From Azolla caroliniana (Eukaryota > Plantae > Polypodiophyta): a stretch of DNA of 64,000 nt. Positions 35,298 to 44,051 of the stretch are shown here, in pieces (position 1 is the stretch's first letter; every line of letters starts with the position of its first letter). The position numbers and the translations under genes were made by a program. The stretch is taken from positions 2,790,001 to 2,854,000 of the forward strand of contig JBHGNT010000021.1 of NCBI GenBank assembly GCA_043228905.1, written 5' to 3'. A model generated the notes under the pieces. That model was given only the letters and a program-made list of their open reading frames with translations. It was not told the origin of the DNA and ran no database searches.

Positions 35298-35411
35298 GAG
35301 ACAATGTATGATTCAAGAAAGAAGATTGAGACAAAGTATGATTCTAGAAAGAAGATTGAGACAAAGTATGATTCTAGAAAGAAGATTGAGACAAAGTATG
35401 ATTCAAAGAAC
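35298..35411. repeat. 30-bp tandem repeat (about 3.8 copies) in the LTR, also at about 41897-42010
   Basis: Unit GAGACAAAGTATGATTCTAGAAAGAAGATT. Confidence 0.9.
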
Positions 35412-35812
35412 AAGAGTATATGATATAAACATGATGTATATTAAAAATATAATATTTTACCAACTTTACAATCCTTGATCGCAAGATGAATCTTTTCAAT
35501 ACCGACCCTTGATTTGAACCCTCGACCTCAACTTCGAAACGAGAGGTTCTCCACCCAATGAGCTAGTCTTCTTCAATTGATTGTATTATTTTTTTACTCT
35601 CTCTTGATTCCTTGATTCCCTTTTGTTTTCCTTTCCTCTCCTTTTATAAGTATTTCCATGCATATGGTAATGTCATGCATGTAATGCATGAGTTACATCT
35701 GATGCATGATCGCCATTTGGCGCACATGCATTGCATGTGATGCATGATAGCCATCATGCTCATTTGAGCTCCCATGTATTGGGATAAGTATAATGATGGA
35801 TATAACCCTAAA

Positions 35813-36070
35813 ACAAATAACCTAGCTTAGTGGTGTATGGTTTGTGCTTGATATACAAGGTTGAGGGTTCAAGTCCCTCAATTTTACTTAATACAATATA
35901 TAGCTTCATTCTTATATCATGAAGCACATTTATTATACACTTTTACAAATAAATAGCCTAGCCTAGTGGTATGTACATTGTACATTGTATATAAGGATGT
36001 GGGTTCAAGTCTCTCAAATATTATTAAATACAACATTTAAGCTCATTTTTATATCGTGAAGCACATTCTT
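35813..36070 (+). promoter_or_regulatory. Two tandem ~136-bp units, each with tRNA-like A and B boxes, in LTR U3
   Basis: A boxes TAGCTTAGTGG at 35823 and TAGCCTAGTGG at 35959. B boxes GGTTCAAGTCC at about 35866 and GGTTCAAGTCT at about 36002. Confidence 0.65.
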
Positions 36071-39000
36071 CACGACACCCACCCCCTCTGAACTTGCACA
36101 TTGGTTGTGCAGAGTTCATCTAACACTTCTTCCGATTCTTTTAGTTCTTCTACTTCTTCATAAAATTCAGGCTCTAATGACTCCCTCCTTTTAAATATTT
36201 TAATCCTTTTTCCTGCAATTGGGATACGAATTTCTGTCCCATCTAATTCATTGAGGAAATATGTGGCTTTATCTGTTATTTTCCTAACTTCATAAGGTCC
36301 AAACCATCTTTTTGCAAACTTCCGAATAGTACTGTATTGATTATCTAGGCTATTATCATATACTAATACCCAATCTCCCTCTTGCACCTTTCTTGGTCGT
36401 ATTCTTTTCATCTTGTCAAATCTGTCCTTATTCTTGATTCTTGCCTCTTTCAATCTAGTAGCTGCTTTTTCTATGTCTTCTATCCTTGATTGAAGTTGTC
36501 GTATTCGAACCGCAAGTAAATCTTCCCTACTCATTTCTGATTCCCAAGGCAACACAGCCCATGTAGTTATCTTTTCTTCAATTGGCATTATTGGCTTCTG
36601 TCCTGTGATTAATTCTGCAGGCATATATCCAGTAACAGTGTTGTGAGTTGTCCTATCAGCCCATAGTGCATAGGGTAAGGTTTTTGGCCAATCACTAACC
36701 CGTCCTCTACATGCCTTTGCCAAAGCTTTGACTATTGGCCCATGTCCCCTTTCTACCTTTCCATTAGCTTCTGGATTGTACGCCGTTGTCAAAGAAAGCC
36801 GAATTCCTATTTTGTCGAAAAAATCTTGAGCTTCCGCAGAATTGAGTTCTCCCCTATCTGCCACTATCTTCCCGATACATCCATATCTACAAACAATGTC
36901 CTCCAAGATGAATTGACATACTCCTAATGTCCCTTTTGTTCTCAATGAACGACCTTCCACTTGATTTGTTAGATCTTCTCTAGCAAGAACCAAGTATCTC
37001 TTTTGTCCTACTCCAAGTGGCATTGTTACCAAATCTATCATCCACTTGTAATGCACCCCCGGTGAGTATGTTGGGTGTAATTCATCACAAAATTTTACAT
37101 TTGAATAATATTGACAAGTGGGACAAGTTTCCACATACTTTTTTATTTGCTCATAGTATCGAGGCCACCAAAATCGTTCTTTAATCTTACTGAAAGTGGC
37201 CCACACTCCTCGATGACCAGCCCATTCTTTGTCATGCAGCTCTTTGATTATCTCCTTTCTTTGCCCTTCAGAACCTATTACTCTTTGCGGGTTTCCAGTC
37301 TTGGTTTTCGGATGTCGCCATAGATATCCTTCATACAAGAAGAACTTATGGGCTTTCTTGCGAAACTGTGCGAACTCTTTTCCAGATCGACCTTTGTACT
37401 TGTTAGGGGTTTGTAGGTATTTCCCTATTTCCTTGAATTCATCTTCATACTCCTCTTCTAGAAACTGCATTCCTCCTTCCCGAGTAATGCTTGTGGTAAG
37501 GACTGTTTGTTCTTTGTCCTCATCGTCCGAGTCTGGAATCTCCTCTTCCTCATACCTTGCTCTTGATAACATATCTGCTACTGCATTTCTATTCCCAGAG
37601 ATATGTCGAACTTCAGGGTTGATTGATCTAATATAGATACACCATCTTAACATGGCTTGATCTGGAATATCACAATTAGCTATGATACCCAGAATAGGCA
37701 AACAATCAGTTTCTATTATTACTTCAGCACCAATTAAGTAATCTCTGTCTGTCTTTACAGCTGTTACTATCCCCCATAGCTCTCTTTTCACCTGTGCATA
37801 TTTTCTTTGTCGACCACTAAGAACCTTTGCCCCGAATCGGACTGGATACCTTTCTTCCCTATCTTGTTGGCTTATCACCCATCCAATTCCAATGGGACTA
37901 GAGTCTACTGTGAGATATATGGGCCGGGTGTAGTCTGGTTGCTTTAATGGTGGAGCTTGTGCCAAGTAGTACTTCAATTTCTTCATTGCCTCTGAATGCT
38001 CTTCACTCCATTCAAATGTCTCTCCTTTTCTTAGGAGTCTATATAAAGGTTCAGATAAATGGGCATAATGCGGAATCCATTTACAGTAAAAAACACATAC
38101 CCCTAGAAACCTTCGTACTTCTGAGATGGATGTACATTCCTCTTGCATATTTTGAATTGCATTGACCTTGGTTGGGGATGGCTTTCTCCCATACGGGCCA
38201 CACATATGACCAACTATTAATATCTCTTTTGCCCCAAATATTGACTTCGCCCCTGATAAGGTCAAATGCACTTCTTCCATCCTTGATAGCACCTTCTCAC
38301 AATCCTTGATATGATCAGCAACGAATTGACGGCAACCACTTTCGTCCAATTCCTCGTTCTTCTCTTCCTCCTTGCATCCCTTAATTGGAACATCATCTAG
38401 AAAAGGCATTGTAATATGAGGAATAAAATCACGAAGTACCTTGTTCATTCCATTCATCATATGCGCCACTGAGTTGGTCGCTCCTTGCGGCAAGGTGCAC
38501 ATCCGTACTAACCCTATAGGTGTCTTGATAGAAGTTATATCTCGACTTTTGATAGCAAGTTGAAATTGATCATATCCGGAATAAAGGTCTCCCATTGAAT
38601 ATATAGCTCTTCCTGCAAACATCTCAGCAAACTCATCCACAATTGGCCCTACTCCCGAGTTTCGGATTGTTACCTTATTCACGGGTTGCATATCTTGGAT
38701 AAATCGGAGTCGCCCATCTTTCTTTAACACAGTGAACCATCGACTCGAGTAAGGAGCGTTCGATGGTTCCAAGATACCCATCCTTATCTTTTCTTTCAAA
38801 AGTTCTAATAGTTGAGGGATTCTAGCCCTAGGCATGGGTATTGGCTTAAAGTTCCATGGAATATGAGGGATAGTGAATATAACCATGGGCTCCACAATTT
38901 CTGGATCCACACACCCTATTTCCTCCGGTTGGAATGCAAACGCCTTTCCATGCTTTTTTAACATCTCCCTGAACTGCTTTTCTTCAGCGGGTAATAGGAA

Positions 39001-39534
39001 GTCACCCCCTCCTATTTTCATCCCTTGTATTGTTTCCGGAGTAAACACATGTCCTACCTTTCGTGGGTCTCTGATCATTGGCTCTGTGGCTGCTTCTTTG
39101 ATTGCCTTTTCACTATCCCCTGGAAGTGGAGCAGCAATAGGACGAACCTTCTTCTCCACTGTCTTGTATTTTGTTAGTACATGTGCTTCATGATCCTTTC
39201 GAGCAACTTCTTCAATGACCTCATACATCTTGATTGAATGGACAGGAACTTGGATTTCGTTGTCTTCTTCCATTGCTTCCAAATGAGTTATTGTATCTTC
39301 AAAACTTAATTCTTCAAACATATCCTGAATTTCTTCATCATCATCTATTAATCCAGAACACTTAAAGTACTCGAAAGCATTTTGTATTTTATTATTATTT
39401 ACTTTTAGTATAAAAGTAGCACCATTAGATGAGATTGTACAAGGAATATCTTTATTTACATTATTATTTATGGGGTTTTCTTTTATGCTCGGGCTATCAC
39501 AGCCCCTACCTGTAAAAGCCCTATCTAAAAATCC
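36070..39534 (-). CDS. Pol (RT-RNase H-integrase), probably expressed by -1 frameshift from Gag-PR
   Basis: The frame is open from GGA TTT TTA at 39534 through the 1083-aa ORF. RT motifs DLYSGYDQF, LPQGATNS and FLDD; RH motifs TVDSS and ETDC; IN has HHCC, IDL...ADRGE...KVE and WFGPY. Confidence 0.9.
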   Translation of the reverse strand, partial: GFLDRAFTGRGCDSPSIKENPINNNVNKDIPCTISSNGATFILKVNNNKIQNAFEYFKCSGLIDDDEEIQDMFEELSFEDTITHLEAMEEDNEIQVPVHSIKMYEVIEEVARKDHEAHVLTKYKTVEKKVRPIAAPLPGDSEKAIKEAATEPMIRDPRKVGHVFTPETIQGMKIGGGDFLLPAEEKQFREMLKKHGKAFAFQPEEIGCVDPEIVEPMVIFTIPHIPWNFKPIPMPRARIPQLLELLKEKIRMGILEPSNAPYSSRWFTVLKKDGRLRFIQDMQPVNKVTIRNSGVGPIVDEFAEMFAGRAIYSMGDLYSGYDQFQLAIKSRDITSIKTPIGLVRMCTLPQGATNSVAHMMNGMNKVLRDFIPHITMPFLDDVPIKGCKEEEKNEELDESGCRQFVADHIKDCEKVLSRMEEVHLTLSGAKSIFGAKEILIVGHMCGPYGRKPSPTKVNAIQNMQEECTSISEVRRFLGVCVFYCKWIPHYAHLSEPLYRLLRKGETFEWSEEHSEAMKKLKYYLAQAPPLKQPDYTRPIYLTVDSSPIGIGWVISQQDREERYPVRFGAKVLSGRQRKYAQVKRELWGIVTAVKTDRDYLIGAEVIIETDCLPILGIIANCDIPDQAMLRWCIYIRSINPEVRHISGNRNAVADMLSRARYEEEEIPDSDDEDKEQTVLTTSITREGGMQFLEEEYEDEFKEIGKYLQTPNKYKGRSGKEFAQFRKKAHKFFLYEGYLWRHPKTKTGNPQRVIGSEGQRKEIIKELHDKEWAGHRGVWATFSKIKERFWWPRYYEQIKKYVETCPTCQYYSNVKFCDELHPTYSPGVHYKWMIDLVTMPLGVGQKRYLVLAREDLTNQVEGRSLRTKGTLGVCQFILEDIVCRYGCIGKIVADRGELNSAEAQDFFDKIGIRLSLTTAYNPEANGKVERGHGPIVKALAKACRGRVSDWPKTLPYALWADRTTHNTVTGYMPAELITGQKPIMPIEEKITTWAVLPWESEMSREDLLAVRIRQLQSRIEDIEKAATRLKEARIKNKDRFDKMKRIRPRKVQEGDWVLVYDNSLDNQYSTIRKFAKRWFGPYEVRKITDKATYFLNELDGTEIRIPIAGKRIKIFKRRESLEPEFYEEVEELKESEEVLDELCTTNVQVQRGWVS

Positions 39535-41639
39535 TGGGAAAACTCTTCATCCATCTCTTGAATTGGATGTTCCCTCAAGCATTCTTTGTTTCTTTCATGG
39601 TTGGGCCTCACGGTTAAGAATTGGACAGTCTTTCTTCCATCTTGACTCTTGATTCTCGCGAAAGCCGAACCATCATCAATAACCTTTGTTTCCATCCTCA
39701 CTGCGGTGATGTAGGGCTGGCCAAGGATGACGGGGTAGGTTGATCGATCCTGCACAAAGAAATTTTGATTCACCGAGACATCACCAATTGTTACCTTCAC
39801 ACTAGGACATGCTCCGAATAGATCCTCCGTAGTTTCTGTGGCAGCTCTTATTTTCCACCCATGATTCTTGTCGATCGGCCATCGTCCTCGAGCGTAAAAT
39901 TCCGATGACATCATGTTAATCTCTGATCCATGATCAATCAAAGCAATACATGGAATTTGCTGCTCCCCAATTTTTGCAGGTGCCTCCGTTGTTGCTCGAG
40001 CCCAATGGTCCCTTGTATAGTGACTCCTATCCCCTTCATGGACGCCAACATCATTCTGGTTTTTTACACTTGCAGCATTGATGGTGCCACCATACAAATC
40101 TTGGAGTGTTGCTGCACACCCTCCCGTAATTTCCTCTGTCACTTGTCTCTTCCTTCTAATAATATCTATGATAACTTCATGAAATTCTTTCTTTGCTATA
40201 CCCAACACTTCTCTTAAAGTAAATTCTACCTTACTATTTAATATTCTTGTTTCTAGTACCTTTTTTATATCCGTCGTTGTTTCTATGTCTGAGGCAAGCT
40301 TGAAAGATGGGCCTGTCTTTCCTTTTACTTTATCAGCTTCCTTCGGCTCAATAGCACCCTTTTCCATCTCCCTTCTCTTTTGTTCTCGTGTCTCATGTCT
40401 CTTTGTCGGATCAGCTTCCTCAGCTCTCTTCCGCTTCTCTTCCACTAGCACATCTTGTGCATTCACTTGGGCGAATGCTGATAGCGCGTCTACTGGATCA
40501 TTCCATCCAGTGAAGTTTCGTATTTCATCTCCCGCTCTTTTTAATTCATCCACTCGAACCTTCCCTTTTCTTGCATAATCCATCACATCTTGCCAAAAGC
40601 CAAATCCACCATATGAGTCTTCTACGCGCAATCCTAAGGTTGCCACGGATTGTATCGCTTGAGTCGTTTCTCTCTCGGCATCTTCCATTAGCCTTTTCAT
40701 TCCTCCTCGCCCGAAGTTGAGTTGAAGTGGTTGTCGAGTCTCAGTTGAGTGAATCTTGCCATCTTGATAGTAGATTTTATTATGATTAAGAGCATCCCTA
40801 TGCTCTTGACAATCTTTCTTCTGGTGGTCGATACTATCACACCACATACACCTTCGGACCATTCCACCTCCCTGCCTTGATGAAGTCGAGCTTTGTCCCG
40901 ATTCTAGCTTCGTCACTTTGATCGACAAGTCTTTCATGCCTTTCACTAATTCGTGTAAGAGTGATTCTTCTACTTTCTTTTCTCCCGACTCGTTCCCCGT
41001 TTCTTCATCATTTCTGTCGGGCAACTCCATAAACCATAACTTTCTTTTGCAGAAATGGGCGCACGCCCTTTTCACCTCCTCCCAATCTTCGGTAAGTCCA
41101 CTTGGACTATTCTGATCTTCTAAAAGCATTCCCAAGTCCTTCCTGTCTTTAATATTAGTAGCTTGTAGAAACAATATTACTTTATCTGGCACTATTATAT
41201 TTCTATCTCTAACATTTAGTTGCTCAAATCTTTCAGAAAACTCTTTTAATACTTCCAAAACACTTAAATGTTTATTAGACTCTACCCAATCCATGAAAGC
41301 TCGCCTTGTCATCCTTGACATATCGTTGAGGTTGTATTCATTGAGTAATGCCCTTTCGAATGTTGTCCATGTTTGATTCTCCCTTTGGAGCTCTTGGATC
41401 TTCTCTTGTAGCCCAATCGCAGCGACTCGACTAAAGCTATTAATTTTTGTAGCTTCGTCGACACCGCGTTTAAGCATTTCTTCATTATAAATCTTCAGAA
41501 ATCTTGTTAAATTTATACCTTCGAAGATTCCTACTCGTGCGAGAATATTGTCGACGGCTTTGTCGATGCTTGCCATCATCCCTTGTTCCCGCATCATTCG
41601 TTCCACCATCGTACACATAAGCCTCATTTGCTCCTCCAT
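39525..41639 (-). CDS. Gag-protease (704 aa)
   Basis: CCHC knuckle CMWCDSIDHQKKDC and aspartic protease ALIDHGSEIN...VILGQPY. The ORF starts just after the PBS. Confidence 0.9.
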   Translation of the reverse strand: MEEQMRLMCTMVERMMREQGMMASIDKAVDNILARVGIFEGINLTRFLKIYNEEMLKRGVDEATKINSFSRVAAIGLQEKIQELQRENQTWTTFERALLNEYNLNDMSRMTRRAFMDWVESNKHLSVLEVLKEFSERFEQLNVRDRNIIVPDKVILFLQATNIKDRKDLGMLLEDQNSPSGLTEDWEEVKRACAHFCKRKLWFMELPDRNDEETGNESGEKKVEESLLHELVKGMKDLSIKVTKLESGQSSTSSRQGGGMVRRCMWCDSIDHQKKDCQEHRDALNHNKIYYQDGKIHSTETRQPLQLNFGRGGMKRLMEDAERETTQAIQSVATLGLRVEDSYGGFGFWQDVMDYARKGKVRVDELKRAGDEIRNFTGWNDPVDALSAFAQVNAQDVLVEEKRKRAEEADPTKRHETREQKRREMEKGAIEPKEADKVKGKTGPSFKLASDIETTTDIKKVLETRILNSKVEFTLREVLGIAKKEFHEVIIDIIRRKRQVTEEITGGCAATLQDLYGGTINAASVKNQNDVGVHEGDRSHYTRDHWARATTEAPAKIGEQQIPCIALIDHGSEINMMSSEFYARGRWPIDKNHGWKIRAATETTEDLFGACPSVKVTIGDVSVNQNFFVQDRSTYPVILGQPYITAVRMETKVIDDGSAFARIKSQDGRKTVQFLTVRPNHERNKECLREHPIQEMDEEFSQDF

Positions 41640-41813
41640 TTCTCCTCGTCGCCGCCTTCACGTCGGGTTCACCAAATGTGTCGGGGTAGTTGTGGTTCGT
41701 GCGGCGAAGTCGCGGGGACTAAGGTTAAGGGGAGTTGAAGAAACTTAAGTTTAATAAGGCTTGTATGGTGATGATAGAATGGTTAAGGATAGTAAGATGA
41801 AGAGTTACAAGTA

Positions 41814-41877
<64 letters not shown>

Positions 41878-44051
41878 CGAGCATAGATAAAAGATAGAGA
41901 CAATGTATGATTCAAGAAAGAAGATTGAGACAAAGTATGATTCTAGAAAGAAGATTGAGACAAAGTATGATTCTAGAAAGAAGATTGAGACAAAGTATGA
42001 TTCAAAGAACAAGAGTATATGATATAAACATGATGTATATTAAAAATATAATATTTTACCAACTTTACAATCCTTGATCGCAAGATGAATCTTTTCAATA
42101 CCGACCCTTGATTTGAACCCTCGACCTCAACTTCGAAACGAGAGGTTCTCCACCCAATGAGCTAGTCTTCTTCAATTGATTGTATTATTTTTTTACTCTC
42201 TCTTGATTCCTTGATTCCCTTTTGTTTTCCTTTCCTCTCCTTTTATAAGTATTTCCATGCATATGGTAATGTCATGCATGTAATGCATGAGTTACATCTG
42301 ATGCATGATCGCCATTTGGCGCACATGCATTGCATGTGATGCATGATAGCCATCATGCTCATTTGAGCTCCCATGTATTGGGATAAGTATAATGATGGAT
42401 ATAACCCTAAAACAAATAACCTAGCTTAGTGGTGTATGGTTTGTGCTTGATATACAAGGTTGAGGGTTCAAGTCCCTCAATTTTACTTAATACAATATAT
42501 AGCTTCATTCTTATATCATGAAGCACATTTATTATACACTTTTACAAATAAATAGCCTAGCCTAGTGGTATGTACATTGTACATTGTATATAAGGATGTG
42601 GGTTCAAGTCTCTCAAATATTATTAAATACAACATTTAAGCTCATTTTTATATCGTGAAGCACATTCTTCACGACAACGCGGCCTATCACTCCCGGACGA
42701 AGCACATCCAGCGAAGATATCACTGGATCCGGGAAAGGATAGAAGACTAGGAGTTCGTGCTGACGAAGATCCACACGGACGAGAACGGGTCAGACATGCT
42801 GACCAAAGTGCTCACACCCGACAAGCTGGAAGCGTGCCGGAAGAGGGTCGGACTGGAAAGACATCCCATGCCGAAGTGAAGGGGGAGTTTGTTGGGATTA
42901 CGGTCCCTCCGGATGGGATGGTCGGATGTCCGGGAATCGGGAATGAAGACCCGGTTCCGGATCCGGATGATGAAGACCCGGTTCCGGATCCGGATGATGA
43001 AGACCCCGGCTACGGAGCCGGATGACGAATGTACCCGGAGAGAGATCCGGATGCGGGGACATATTTGTGAAGATGTTTGCCAAGGGCCCTTGAGGCTATA
43101 ATTGTAAATAGCCCGAAAGTCATATGTGTATAAATATGACTTAGGGCAAACAGTTTTAATGTTGTTGCTCATTTTTCTGTGTATTGCCACTCTTATGTGT
43201 GCAAGAGAGTGAAGAGAGTAGCCGAGAGAGAGAGAGAGAGAGAGAGACGAAGAGGTCGTTGCCTCTGTGTATTACCGCCGCCTGTGGCGAAGACAGTGAG
43301 CTCAAGGTTGTTGCCTTGTAGCTTCACCATTGTACATCTCTGATTATAGTGATAGTTGGAGTTTGAGGACTCTCGTGGTTTTTCCCATTTAGGGTTTTCC
43401 ACGTAAAACATCCTGTGCACTCTTCTCTCTATTGTCTTCGTGCATTTTGTATTTCCTGTTTTCTGTGAGTTGACCCTATTCCTCGGTTGTGGCCGAGCAC
43501 TGTGTTCAACAGGACCTGGGGGGAATTTGAAGTGCAGCTCCTTGAAAGGTACGAGCTTGATGACACGCTTCGGTTATCGAAGCGAGACTTTATGGATTGG
43601 GTGGAGATCCCAGGAAAGGGGAGGAATGCGTCAGCACTCCTCCGGGAGTTTGAGGAACGCTTTGCACGCCTCTCAACACTGGACAGGACCATACTGGACA
43701 CGAGCCGTGTCCTTTTATTCGTCAAAGTTGTGGACGTGCGGGATCGGGAACAAGTGGGTCTCCTACTAGATACGGACGATGGGCTGACGGCTGATTGGGC
43801 CGTGGTAAAAGGGGTCTGCAGCCGTTTCGACAAACGGCGTGAGTCGGTCAACAAGGGCTCGTCGGGGGCAGGAGCGGTAGTGGCAAGAAATCTCGAGGGA
43901 CCCCCGCCGGCGCGCAAGGAGGAAACCCGGGATTGGCTTGAGACAGGCTCATCCGGGTGGTCAAGGGCCTGTCCGGAGGAGCGGCTCTGGAAGAACTGAC
44001 GCAAATGGTACGAGACCTCCAGATTGCACAAGCGAGGAGGGATGACGGCGT

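Larger units (their letters stand above)
35092..42676 (-). mobile_element. Apparently intact Ty3/Gypsy element (Trp-PBS group, no chromodomain); 4-bp TSD ACGC
   Basis: LTRs 41679-42676 (5') and 35092-36077 (3') differ by eye only in microsatellite length. PBS is TGGTGAACCCGACGTGAA (41657-41674, minus) and PPT is AGAGGGGGTGGG. ACGC lies at 35088-35091 and 42677-42680. Confidence 0.96.
26059..42879 (+). pseudogene. Copia-B polyprotein, disrupted
   Basis: Coding pieces are 26059-29481, 34657-35091 and 42681-42879. There is a frameshift near the C-run at about 28492 and in-frame TAGs at 29171 and about 42748. Removing the inserts restores MYAMVCTRPD and AKNAAYHSRTKHI. Confidence 0.85.
25437..43511 (+). 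mobile_element. Copia-B: degenerate Ty1/Copia element carrying two nested insertions
   Basis: LTRs 25437-26027 and 42890-43511, PBS TGGTATCAGAGC at 26031, PPT GAAGGGGGAG, TSD GGACC at 25432-25436 and 43512-43516. Confidence 0.95.

Noticed and set aside
35813-36070. Functional tRNA genes
   Set aside because: No acceptor stem and degenerate D arms; reported only as tRNA-like units.
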